Below, one piece after another: positions 19,962 through 29,816 of a stretch of 64,000 nt of DNA (its first letter is position 1; every line of letters starts with the position of its first letter). The notes beneath the pieces were generated by a model. That model did no database searches. It saw only the letters and a list, made by a program, of their open reading frames with translations, and was not told the DNA's origin. A program made the position numbers and the translations under genes. The DNA is taken from positions 96,001 to 160,000 of IMG/VR virus record IMGVR_UViG_3300021431_000076. The stretch is one strand, 5' to 3'. The stretch is from a virus. Lineage: Duplodnaviria; Caudoviricetes.

Positions 19962-20654
19962 ATGTTTGCAACTCCAGAAACTCAGTTATATAAAAACCAA
20001 TATGATGCTCTTTTTGAATCTACTGAAAAAAATCCTTATCTAACTGCTAGTACAAGAGCTAGTAAAAATAAGGCTTTAAAAACAAATGATAAAAGAATCA
20101 TTGCTGCTATTAATGAAGTTAAAGCTAAAACCGATAGCTTAAATTCTACAGTTAATACTACTCTTGTCAATCAGAATATTAAGATAGGTCCACTTGACAG
20201 TGATCCTGATCTATATAATGAATTTCAGAATGCTGGCTATACTAGTTTAGCAGATGGTATAGTAAAAGTTAGTAAAAAGGTTGGAGATGCGTCAAAGAAT
20301 ATAGTGTTTGTTATTCAAAAAGTGAATAGCTCAACTATATTCCCTGAAATATTTATACCTTTTGATATGCATATTTTAAATGTAACTGCTAGATTCTCAG
20401 AAGCTGATAATGATAAGACTCAGTTTACTGACGATATAATTATCCAGCTACAACATACAGATAAAGCAGATCCAACAGGTTTTGCTACTTTTAAAACAGT
20501 AACTATTCCTGTTACTAATAATAATGCTGATTCTTTTGTTTCTGAAGATTTTGAACAAGACCTTTCTAGTGGAATTATGAAAGCCAAAGTAACTCAATTC
20601 CCAGATGGTCTTAAAAATCTTAACATAGTTGTTACAGTAACTAAGAATAATTAA
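19962..20654 (+). CDS. Hypothetical structural protein
   Basis: ALKTNDKRIIAAINEV fibre-type motif followed by a beta-rich C-domain. Confidence 0.65.
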   Translation: MFATPETQLYKNQYDALFESTEKNPYLTASTRASKNKALKTNDKRIIAAINEVKAKTDSLNSTVNTTLVNQNIKIGPLDSDPDLYNEFQNAGYTSLADGIVKVSKKVGDASKNIVFVIQKVNSSTIFPEIFIPFDMHILNVTARFSEADNDKTQFTDDIIIQLQHTDKADPTGFATFKTVTIPVTNNNADSFVSEDFEQDLSSGIMKAKVTQFPDGLKNLNIVVTVTKNN

Positions 20655-20677
20655 TTAATTAAAGGAGAATGATTAAT

Positions 20678-21331
20678 ATGGCAACAGCTCCAATTGTGGA
20701 ATATTATCGTTTAGTAGACGACGGCACAAATTCTAATTCTTTCCAGTATGTAAATCCAGCAGCTCCTGCTCCAGAAACTCTTCTGGATTTTGGCACCGTA
20801 GATGCTGGTACTAATACTTATCAGACAGCATATGATGGTGATAATTCTCTTCTGACAGATACAAATAAGGCTGTTCAGGTATATGCTATCTATAATAATA
20901 ACTCCAATAGCACTAGCTACAATAGTTCTGGTGTTTCTGATATGCAGGACACTTATCTTAGCATTGTTTCTAATGAAACTGGTCAGCAAGGTAACTCTGC
21001 TGGTGATGTGTATGAACATAGATGGGTAAATGTTCTTCTAAATAATGGTACTTATGGTACAGATGATGTAGCTCTTGGTAAATATACAGTTACTACATCT
21101 CCAACTGCTGTTGCAGATACTACTGAAACAAAACTTCAGCTTACAGCTATGGGCCTAGATGCAACTGTTAGCACAAATGTTGGTGTTATTAAAGGTAAAG
21201 CCAATGGTGGTTCTTTAACTGGCACTGATACAGAAAACTTTGCTCAGATTAAAACTTGGGTAGATATTAAACCAAATGCTCCTGCAGGTCCACACCTCTT
21301 CCGTCTGCGTACTACTTATTCTTATACCTAA
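20678..21331 (+). CDS. Small beta-rich structural subunit, paralogue of 31899 and 32393
   Basis: Shared motifs G.V.A, I[YW]NN, SD[ML].D, W[VL].V, IKG.AN.G and terminal F..R...Y. Confidence 0.7.
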   Translation: MATAPIVEYYRLVDDGTNSNSFQYVNPAAPAPETLLDFGTVDAGTNTYQTAYDGDNSLLTDTNKAVQVYAIYNNNSNSTSYNSSGVSDMQDTYLSIVSNETGQQGNSAGDVYEHRWVNVLLNNGTYGTDDVALGKYTVTTSPTAVADTTETKLQLTAMGLDATVSTNVGVIKGKANGGSLTGTDTENFAQIKTWVDIKPNAPAGPHLFRLRTTYSYT

Positions 21332-21425
21332 TTAAATATAAGACCTTCTACTTATAGTTAAAAAATAATAAACAATAGGTAGGGTGGTTTTCATCCTACC
21401 TATAAATTTTAAGGAGGGTCATTTT

Positions 21426-22046
21426 ATGACAACAACATTTCAAGCAATAGAAAAACTTAGATCACCGGAACATGATCAAGTTTATATTTACTTTGCTGAA
21501 TATTTTGATGGGACTATCTTATATGAGTATGATAACAACCATGTTCATTTAAGCTTTCAGGATATTGATCAATCTAAAGTAAAATACTTTGGGTTTATTG
21601 GTAATGGGATGAAAATCTATTGGGATATTCCTGCTGGAATACTTCATGTTGGTAAAAAAGAATATATGGTCAAAATATCATCAGATACAAGCATAATTCC
21701 TTTTGTCGGATCTAAGAAAGATCTTATCACTTTTAAACTTGCTCACACCGATAGTATAATTAATGGTGGTAGAATTACTAGATCTGAACTGGGAAATGTT
21801 ATAGATTGCTTTTGTATTGGGTTTAAGATGAACTTAGATTCTGTATTCACCCAAATTCTATTTAATATTCCTATGACAGGACCAAATAGAAAGCCATTCT
21901 TTGGGGTTAGAATCTCTAATAAGAATGATGAGATTTACACTGCAGAATTGATTGGTATGAATGGTGAAGACGAATCTACTTTTACTAAGACGGAAATTAA
22001 ACTAACAGATGGTAAATCATCTGCAGTTGAGTTATATTTTAATTAA
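21426..22046 (+). CDS. Hypothetical protein, paralogue of 32954 (putative assembly factor)
   Basis: Shared SP....YI[YW]FA...DG..[IL]YEY...G..G.G and ID....G[FY] motifs; SD AAGGAGG favours ATG 21426. Confidence 0.65.
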   Translation: MTTTFQAIEKLRSPEHDQVYIYFAEYFDGTILYEYDNNHVHLSFQDIDQSKVKYFGFIGNGMKIYWDIPAGILHVGKKEYMVKISSDTSIIPFVGSKKDLITFKLAHTDSIINGGRITRSELGNVIDCFCIGFKMNLDSVFTQILFNIPMTGPNRKPFFGVRISNKNDEIYTAELIGMNGEDESTFTKTEIKLTDGKSSAVELYFN

Positions 22047-22062
22047 TACGAGGTGATTATTA

Positions 22063-23358
22063 ATGCCAGCACCTGATACAGCCGGTAAATATGTCAGTGG
22101 TCTAAGTGGAATGGCAATTGATGACTATATCAAATGCATCTATGAAGCACCATTTGACAATGTTGCCGGATATTTTTCTCAATTAGGTAATAAGGAGCCA
22201 TGGATAGAAGTACATACGACTACTAATGGTGGTGCAGAAGTAGTTACTAAAGAACCATATAATGAACTTCCTACTACACCAGCATCAAATAATATCTCTG
22301 GTTATTTTTATCTAATTAAAGTAGACAACGGTATGCTTATTGCTGACCGTATGGTTCAACAAGCTATTTCTTGGGAATCTCTTAATAAAAAGAATTACAT
22401 CTATGGTGGGGTATTTGATACTGTTAATAGTAGAACAGTTAGATATGATGTAGTAACGACAGCCACTTATAATTCTGAAACTGATTCTGCTAAAACAGAA
22501 ATTTTAAATCCAGATACTGATGAAGTGATCACTGCTAATGATGCTCAAGAATTCTTTAATAACTATGATAAAAAGAGCCGTAAAGTGAGAACAGTAACCA
22601 TTGATACAACTAATAATGTTACAACAACAACTATTTCTACATGGCATTATGCTTATATTCCAGATGAACTTCCAGATAGAATTCAAAATGCAGTGATTGA
22701 TCCAAATAATACATCTCTTACTTATGATACTGAAAAGAATATGAGTATATTGAGTATTCCATATAATTCTGAAATCAGTGCCATTAGTGATGTATTGGAT
22801 ACGATTACAACAGTACAATGTACTGTATTAAAAGACAATGGTGAAACTTATACATATGATGTAGGAGTTACTTGGAAATATACTAAAGAAGACGATACTG
22901 CAATATATAAGAAAGGCGACGTTGGTACAGTAATTGTTTATGGTGATCTTGCTGATATGGATATCGATCCTGTTAAACCTATGCAAAATCCAAATGAAAT
23001 AAAAGCATCTTGCGTTGTTATGATTCAATCTGATGAAATTCAGAGTATTGAAACTCAATTTGCAAATATTACTATAGATACTGATACTGGTGCTAATGCT
23101 CTTGCTTCTCAGCTTTCTAGTACATATCCTTCTTGTACTGTACTTTGTAAGAGATATGGTAGTCCAGAAGAAGAACCCCAATATCAACAGAATGGCATTT
23201 CAATTGAATGGGATGTATCCAATTATACTCCTGGTGTAGTTGGTACAACTACAATTATTGGTGAGCTTACTGGAATTGAAAGTTATGGTTTGACTAATAC
23301 AGCTGGTATTAGAGCAGAAATTACTGTTATTACCGAGCCTGTAATTTCTGATTCTTAA
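22063..23358 (+). CDS. Structural/adhesin-like protein with IADR domain and Ig-like repeats
   Basis: GYFYLIKVDNGMLIADRMVQQAISWESLN matches the domain repeated in 24367; two Big_4-like repeats. Confidence 0.65.
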   Translation: MPAPDTAGKYVSGLSGMAIDDYIKCIYEAPFDNVAGYFSQLGNKEPWIEVHTTTNGGAEVVTKEPYNELPTTPASNNISGYFYLIKVDNGMLIADRMVQQAISWESLNKKNYIYGGVFDTVNSRTVRYDVVTTATYNSETDSAKTEILNPDTDEVITANDAQEFFNNYDKKSRKVRTVTIDTTNNVTTTTISTWHYAYIPDELPDRIQNAVIDPNNTSLTYDTEKNMSILSIPYNSEISAISDVLDTITTVQCTVLKDNGETYTYDVGVTWKYTKEDDTAIYKKGDVGTVIVYGDLADMDIDPVKPMQNPNEIKASCVVMIQSDEIQSIETQFANITIDTDTGANALASQLSSTYPSCTVLCKRYGSPEEEPQYQQNGISIEWDVSNYTPGVVGTTTIIGELTGIESYGLTNTAGIRAEITVITEPVISDS

Positions 23359-23520
23359 GGAGCGATACTACAGGCTATTTGCCAATAATACAATTTGATG
23401 AAAATTACTATAATAAACATTACAGATAGGGATCTCCCCTATCTGTTCTTATTTGTTAAGACAATAGTGTAACGGGAATATCCCCTATATTTACAATACA
23501 ATGTAAAGGAGGAAACTATT

Positions 23521-24327
23521 TTGGCAACGACTTTAAGTTACCTAGATACTAAAAATCATAGACTCTATGATAGAACTAAAGCCACTATTACCCAAGGCTT
23601 AGTTACTATCAATAATGAGTTTGGTAAGTTTGATGGCTCTTGTATTGATTTTACTAATCCATCTCATACTGGTATTTTGTTTCCTAATGGAGTAGATTAC
23701 TCTAATGAAGCATTTACTATTTCTGCTTGGATTAAACTGACTGAAACAATTGATAACTTTGTATTTATTGGCAATGCTGATGATGTAACAGATATTGATG
23801 CTTGGGAGGCTGGTAATGATACGGCATTATCTGCAGAAACATTAGACCATACTACTCCTACAGAATTTGTTATTTCTACTGATAATCAGCATCTTGTTAA
23901 TGCTAGTATTATTGCCTTAGACGATTATACTTGGCATCATTTTGTATTAACTCGTATCAAAGGATCTTCAAATGATTCTCTGATTCAGTTTGTTGATGGT
24001 GTTAAGATTTCTGAAACTACTTTAGAGACAGCTAAGAAAATTGACTTCTCTAAATTAGTAATTGGTTGTAGTGGTGGAGAGAATCCATTGATTGGTTATA
24101 TGGATGATTTCTGCTTAATTAAAGGAGCTAATCTTTGGACTGCAGCATTTACTCCTCCAGAAGTTCCTATTAGAGAAGCAACTGGACTAACTGATCAGTC
24201 AGATATTGCTGCTCAGACTGCTAGAACATGGAATGGTAGTACTGATATTATTGATTGTTCTACTAACCCAAATATTGCTACTTGGGAATTACTAGAACTA
24301 AATAAAAGTTTCGCTCTTAAGCTATAA
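23521..24327 (+). CDS. LamG/ConA-like domain protein
   Basis: FTISAWIK...WHHFVLTR...FVDG...GYMDDF motifs; TTG start, SD AAAGGAGG, late motif at 23460-23472. Confidence 0.8.
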   Translation: MATTLSYLDTKNHRLYDRTKATITQGLVTINNEFGKFDGSCIDFTNPSHTGILFPNGVDYSNEAFTISAWIKLTETIDNFVFIGNADDVTDIDAWEAGNDTALSAETLDHTTPTEFVISTDNQHLVNASIIALDDYTWHHFVLTRIKGSSNDSLIQFVDGVKISETTLETAKKIDFSKLVIGCSGGENPLIGYMDDFCLIKGANLWTAAFTPPEVPIREATGLTDQSDIAAQTARTWNGSTDIIDCSTNPNIATWELLELNKSFALKL

Positions 24328-24366
24328 GCTTTTCTATTAATACAATAATGGAAAGGGGATTTAAAT

Positions 24367-27300
24367 ATGGCAGTAGGCCAAGTATATTCCACCCCAGAAG
24401 CGGGATGGAAACAAGTAAATTGTAACCTAAATCCTAATTTATATACTTATGTAAATATGAATTATGGTGGAGATGGTAATGCTGCTAGTGGTGGTTTATA
24501 TTATCCTGCCCCTAGTGGAATGAATAAACTCAATTATCAGACTCCTCATAATCATGCTTACATGTTTTGTAACTTCACTGGTACTAAAATTAGAATTATT
24601 GGTTACTCAACAAATACCAGCTCAACTCCAGAAATTGCATCTATCTATATTGATGGTGATTATTCTGGTAAATGGTATGTACCATCTGATAGATCTGCTG
24701 GTAATATTTACAAATTCTGTGGATATGAAAACACAAATCTAACTGATAAAGAGCATACCTTACTTATCGTTGTAGAACCAGAATCTGGTAGATGGCGTTT
24801 CGATTGTCTTCACATTGATGAAAATGCTTCAGTTATCAAAGTTGATTCTTTATTTGAATTTAATAAAAATCAATTCAGAGCTTTCACTGGTGTGGATGAT
24901 AAAGAAACTAAGAAGATTAAAGATGATACTATTATCACTGCTAAATATCTTGAAATCAATCCAACTAGATTTGGCGTATTCTCAGATATCAGAATTTCTA
25001 ATTCTCCAGTAGATAATGATGTTAGATCTGGTGAAGGTATTAATCTAGAAACTAAGCCTTACTTTGATTTCTATATAACTCCAGAAGATCCTGATGTATA
25101 TGAGCTTAAAGGTACTAATGTAGTATTTAAGACCACTAGAGATCTTAAAGAAACAGATGGAGTTACAGAAACTATTGATCCTTCTAATTATCAAGAAGTA
25201 ATTGATATAGATTACACTAATAAGAAACTCTCAGTAGTTCCTAAGAATGTAATCTTAAAATCTAAACAATTGATTCCAGTAGATAATACTTTCTCTGGTG
25301 TTAAATGCACATTTAGTCATAGCGATATGAGTGCTAAGTTCTTAGTATCATTAGATAATGAAAACTTCTTCACTTATGATGCTGGTACTACTTCATGGGT
25401 AGCTGCTTCTATTGATGAGATTGATGAAAAAGGTATTAGTGACTTCTATACAATTCCATATGCAAATATGCAGTCATTCTTTACTGAACCTGCAGTTGGT
25501 ATAGCAATGAAGTTATATGTAGAAGATCCTGAAGATATTGCATTCTATAATAAAGCAGATAGAAAATTCTCTGGTTTTAAATTCACTACAGGAGATCCTG
25601 CTCTCTGTAAAGTAGAATCTTGTGTAAGAGATGTAAACTTCTATGTTAATAATATAGGAGGATCTTATAATGGAAATGAGAAATCTCTTATCTGTGATAC
25701 TGTTTTAAGTAAAGGTATCAATTGGACTAAGGCTAATGACTTAAATAGATCTTACTCTGAATATAGTGCTTCTGACTTTATTACCAATATTGGTTATGAT
25801 ATGTCCTATTCAGATTATGATGTTCAAACAGCTCTTAGATTGCTTACTACTGAAGATTATAATACTTATGTATTAGATCCAGCAAATGAAGCTAAACTCA
25901 ATCCATCAAAAGATGTAGCTACTTGGGTAGATAATGGAGCTAATCTAACTAATAATGAAGATTTTAATGCTCTCGGTGATTCTACTCTTACTATCACTCA
26001 TGCTACTGCAGATAAGGATACAGTATATAATAATATTGGTATTCGTCCTCAGCTATTCTTCAATACTAGATCTAAAGTATATCATAGATTTGATTCTGAA
26101 ACCTATCTACCAGTAGTAAGAAAGGTTAAAGATCTTGAACCTGGTAAAGCAATTGCTTGCTCTTATACTGCTACTACTTCTGGTGTAGCTGCAGGAGCTG
26201 GAGGATTTGCTATTGGTAAAAACGGTAAACAACTATTACCAGATTATGGTCTAGCTACTCCTGATGGATATTTCTATTTCATTTGCGTAGGTTATGCTCC
26301 TTCTGGTGCATTGAAATGTATTGCAGATAGAGTTATTCAAACCAATGTTTCTTGGGAAGCATTAAACGATAAAGGTTATTGTGTAACCTCTGGTGTATCT
26401 CTTAAATTTGGTTCTGCTAAGAATTGCTTACTGAGACTTCCAAACACTGTATCTGAAAATACATCTGGCTGGAATAATCTTGGAGAATGGGATGCTTGCA
26501 TTTCTTATTATGGTCAGCATGGTATTAATCCATCTTCTAATGCAGTATGGAATGCAGCTTCAAGATATTCTTGGACTCTTGTAACTCCACAATCTAATAT
26601 GGCTAATCGTATTGTTCGTGGTTATCAAGATGAATCAAATGTTTCTGATACATATGCTCAAAATGCTACTATGGCAGAAACATTTGGTGGTGGTACTGAT
26701 AAAGTATCTACTTATGTTGGTGCTGATGTTGGTTTCCGTCCAGTTATTGAAATTCAGACTTATGTAGATGAATCTCAGGTTACTACATATCCTGAATGCT
26801 ATCTTGATATTGCTCCTTCTCTTGGTGCTTGTAAACCTGGTCAAGCTGTAGTATGTGAATATAGACAAGATACTGCTAACGTTGCTGGTGCTGCTAATGC
26901 ATTCAACTTCAATCCAGAATCTGCCAAAGATCCTATTCCTGATCCTGCTCCAGATACACCAAATGGTAAATTCTATTTCGTATGTGTAGGATATGCTCCT
27001 TCTGGTGCTAAGAAATTTGTTGCTGATAGAAATATTCAGGCAAATGTATCTTGGGAAGATCTTAATGATAAAGGATACTGTGTAACTTCTGGTGTAGATG
27101 TATCTGAACAGACTGGATTTGAAAAATCTCTTATGAGATTAATGGTATCTGATGTTACTAACTATAATATGCGTCTTGAATCTTCTGAGTGGGATGCTAT
27201 TATAATGAGAGAGAACATTGGTAACACTGATGTATCTGCTGCTGGATGCAATTATTGGAATATGAAGAAAACCTTAAGCTGGATGCTCAATACACCACAT

Positions 27301-28005
27301 GATGTAAATGCTTCTGGTAATATGGGTACTATGTCTCAACGTGTAGTTAGAGGTAAAGAAACTATTGACTATGGTGATGAAGCCAATTTCATTTCAGAAT
27401 CTACTACTAGATCTTCTTCTATTGGTTTCCGTCCAGTATTAGAAGTCCGTATCGAAGGTAAGACGGCATATAACAATTGCAAGATTGATACTACTAGAGT
27501 ATCAGAAAAGAACAAAGAAAATATGTTCATTGGTATTGATGGCTCTTATGAATTCTTTGATGAAAATCAGAGTGCTGCTAATGCATCTATAAAGATGATT
27601 ATCAATAGTGATGTAGAAAATACAGACTTTGCTCCTGTAATGTCTGATGAGGATAAGACTTATCATTATGACTTACCTATTACTAAATTAGATTATGGTG
27701 ATAATACCATTAGAATAGTCCTTTCAACATTCGAAAGAAGAACTAATAATAACGGTGAAGAAGTTCTTGATAATGTGGTTGATAATGAGTTCGAATATAT
27801 TATTCACAAAGAATATATTACAGAACCTGAATGCAAGACTAAGATGAGAGAACTTGAAAATTACACTGCTGGTTTTGATATGGGTAATGGTTTAACCGTT
27901 GAGAATAAACTGGTTGTCAATAATGGTAAAGTTAAGACTGATGAATCACCAAAAGAAATCAGAATTCCTGCCAATACTATCAAGATTACATTTAGTGCTG
28001 AATAA
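24367..28005 (+). CDS. Large multidomain adhesin-like protein
   Basis: N-terminal beta-sandwich plus three copies of a domain with [IV]ADR.IQ.NVSW..LN...GFRPV. Confidence 0.7.
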   Translation: MAVGQVYSTPEAGWKQVNCNLNPNLYTYVNMNYGGDGNAASGGLYYPAPSGMNKLNYQTPHNHAYMFCNFTGTKIRIIGYSTNTSSTPEIASIYIDGDYSGKWYVPSDRSAGNIYKFCGYENTNLTDKEHTLLIVVEPESGRWRFDCLHIDENASVIKVDSLFEFNKNQFRAFTGVDDKETKKIKDDTIITAKYLEINPTRFGVFSDIRISNSPVDNDVRSGEGINLETKPYFDFYITPEDPDVYELKGTNVVFKTTRDLKETDGVTETIDPSNYQEVIDIDYTNKKLSVVPKNVILKSKQLIPVDNTFSGVKCTFSHSDMSAKFLVSLDNENFFTYDAGTTSWVAASIDEIDEKGISDFYTIPYANMQSFFTEPAVGIAMKLYVEDPEDIAFYNKADRKFSGFKFTTGDPALCKVESCVRDVNFYVNNIGGSYNGNEKSLICDTVLSKGINWTKANDLNRSYSEYSASDFITNIGYDMSYSDYDVQTALRLLTTEDYNTYVLDPANEAKLNPSKDVATWVDNGANLTNNEDFNALGDSTLTITHATADKDTVYNNIGIRPQLFFNTRSKVYHRFDSETYLPVVRKVKDLEPGKAIACSYTATTSGVAAGAGGFAIGKNGKQLLPDYGLATPDGYFYFICVGYAPSGALKCIADRVIQTNVSWEALNDKGYCVTSGVSLKFGSAKNCLLRLPNTVSENTSGWNNLGEWDACISYYGQHGINPSSNAVWNAASRYSWTLVTPQSNMANRIVRGYQDESNVSDTYAQNATMAETFGGGTDKVSTYVGADVGFRPVIEIQTYVDESQVTTYPECYLDIAPSLGACKPGQAVVCEYRQDTANVAGAANAFNFNPESAKDPIPDPAPDTPNGKFYFVCVGYAPSGAKKFVADRNIQANVSWEDLNDKGYCVTSGVDVSEQTGFEKSLMRLMVSDVTNYNMRLESSEWDAIIMRENIGNTDVSAAGCNYWNMKKTLSWMLNTPHDVNASGNMGTMSQRVVRGKETIDYGDEANFISESTTRSSSIGFRPVLEVRIEGKTAYNNCKIDTTRVSEKNKENMFIGIDGSYEFFDENQSAANASIKMIINSDVENTDFAPVMSDEDKTYHYDLPITKLDYGDNTIRIVLSTFERRTNNNGEEVLDNVVDNEFEYIIHKEYITEPECKTKMRELENYTAGFDMGNGLTVENKLVVNNGKVKTDESPKEIRIPANTIKITFSAE

Positions 28006-28019
28006 GGAGAGTGATTAAA

Positions 28020-29783
28020 ATGAGTAGATATTGTGCATTTAAAACTTCTGGTCAGTACTATGTGTTTAATAATGATAAAACGGCTCTTGTTCCTATAACA
28101 TTTAATCCTAAAGATCCCATTTATACTAAATGGATGAATCCAGAAGATTTAAATAATCTTACTGAAGAGCAATGTGCTAAGTTATCTGGTTATTTCTTAG
28201 AGTTATATTCTGATATAGAAGATGATGTATATACAGTAACTATGGAGAACTTCGATATTCTTCAAACTACAGATACATCACACTTTGTACTTAGTGGTTT
28301 TGCTGGTATTTCTTCAATGAAATTTAATGATACTTCTACCACTTGTCATGTTATATTGAGCTTTGATGGTAGAAAGACTTGGTACTATTATGATTTTACA
28401 GCAAAAGAATGGAAGAAAACAGTCCTAACAAAACTCTATAGTTCTGATTCTAATACAGTGGCTCAGATTCCTAATCTAACAGAAGCTATCTTTGAAAAGA
28501 TATTTACAAAACATTGTACTTTAGATTATGCTGTATCTATAACGAATGCAGAGCATGTAGGAAGTGTTACTTTAAATCTTCCAGGAAATCAAGCTCCTAA
28601 AATTTTATCTCTTACAGTAGAACAAAATCAGACAACACATACCAAACTAATAAAAGTTGTGGCAGTTGTTGAAGACTTTGAAGGAGATACAATTAATTAT
28701 GATATTAAACGTATCTTCAAAGGATTAAATGATGATCAGACTATTTACAAAGAAGGATATAACAAAATTCCTCCAATCAAATCTGGTACATGTAATCCTG
28801 CTACTAATACTTATGAGTATTATATAGATCCAGCGAATATTGAAATTGGATATAGTGAACTTGTATTTACTTATACCGATGAAAAGGGTCTATCTGATTC
28901 AAAGACTGTTAAAATAATAAAGACAAACAAAAAAGCATACATTGCTATGGTAATTAATAGAAATCATCTTTCATATACTATAGAAGACGAAGATTCAGAC
29001 TTTGGTAAATATAGAATTGTTATGAATGATACTATTATCACTCCAGGTCATCAGCAAACTCCACTTATTCAAGGTGATACAACAACTGGTTGGACTCAAC
29101 TAGTGCCTGTTCCAGTAAATAATTCATTTGATATTCCGTTAAATCTTGTTAAATTTGGCGATCCAACAAATGAGATTACTATTGAATTCCAAGAAGAATT
29201 CTATGATGCGCCAAAGATATCTTTGTCTAAAAAGTTTATGGGATATTATTATGGAATTCTCTTCATTGATCCCTCTCAACCATATGAATTAACTCAAGAT
29301 GTTACTATTACAAATACATTTGTAAATGAACTAGGAAATACTGTAACTGAAACTACTACAGTTAAACAACCAAACCCAGACTATTATTATTCTACATCTC
29401 TTGGAGATATACTGAAGAAGCTCAATCTAGGTTCTATTACTCATACTAGAAACTCTAATACTTTTGAAGTTGGTATAGTAAACCTTAGCGAAGACATTAT
29501 TTCACAAGTTGTTATTAATGGATTCACTAATGCTGCTAACAACTATAAAGTTTGTGTATCACTTACAGAAACATTTAGTAATAATCTAGATAATATGACT
29601 ATTCGCTTTAATGATGTATATCCATTTGATCCTAATAGCGCAGATCCTAAGTTTGGTGTACATACGTTCTACGTTAAACTATTCTCATTGGATACTACCA
29701 ATTGGGATATAGATGACTTTATTACTTTAGAAGCGGATTCTGCAGGTAAATATGAACCTGACACCCAAACTATTGGAAGCTAA
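28020..29783 (+). CDS. Structural protein with cadherin/Ig-like segment
   Basis: NQAPKI...VEDFEGDTINY and IEDEDSD motifs; SFDGRKTWY motif is related to the LamG paralogues. Confidence 0.6.
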   Translation: MSRYCAFKTSGQYYVFNNDKTALVPITFNPKDPIYTKWMNPEDLNNLTEEQCAKLSGYFLELYSDIEDDVYTVTMENFDILQTTDTSHFVLSGFAGISSMKFNDTSTTCHVILSFDGRKTWYYYDFTAKEWKKTVLTKLYSSDSNTVAQIPNLTEAIFEKIFTKHCTLDYAVSITNAEHVGSVTLNLPGNQAPKILSLTVEQNQTTHTKLIKVVAVVEDFEGDTINYDIKRIFKGLNDDQTIYKEGYNKIPPIKSGTCNPATNTYEYYIDPANIEIGYSELVFTYTDEKGLSDSKTVKIIKTNKKAYIAMVINRNHLSYTIEDEDSDFGKYRIVMNDTIITPGHQQTPLIQGDTTTGWTQLVPVPVNNSFDIPLNLVKFGDPTNEITIEFQEEFYDAPKISLSKKFMGYYYGILFIDPSQPYELTQDVTITNTFVNELGNTVTETTTVKQPNPDYYYSTSLGDILKKLNLGSITHTRNSNTFEVGIVNLSEDIISQVVINGFTNAANNYKVCVSLTETFSNNLDNMTIRFNDVYPFDPNSADPKFGVHTFYVKLFSLDTTNWDIDDFITLEADSAGKYEPDTQTIGS

Positions 29784-29816
29784 CCTAGGCAATACAATGC
29801 AAAGGAGAGAATAATA

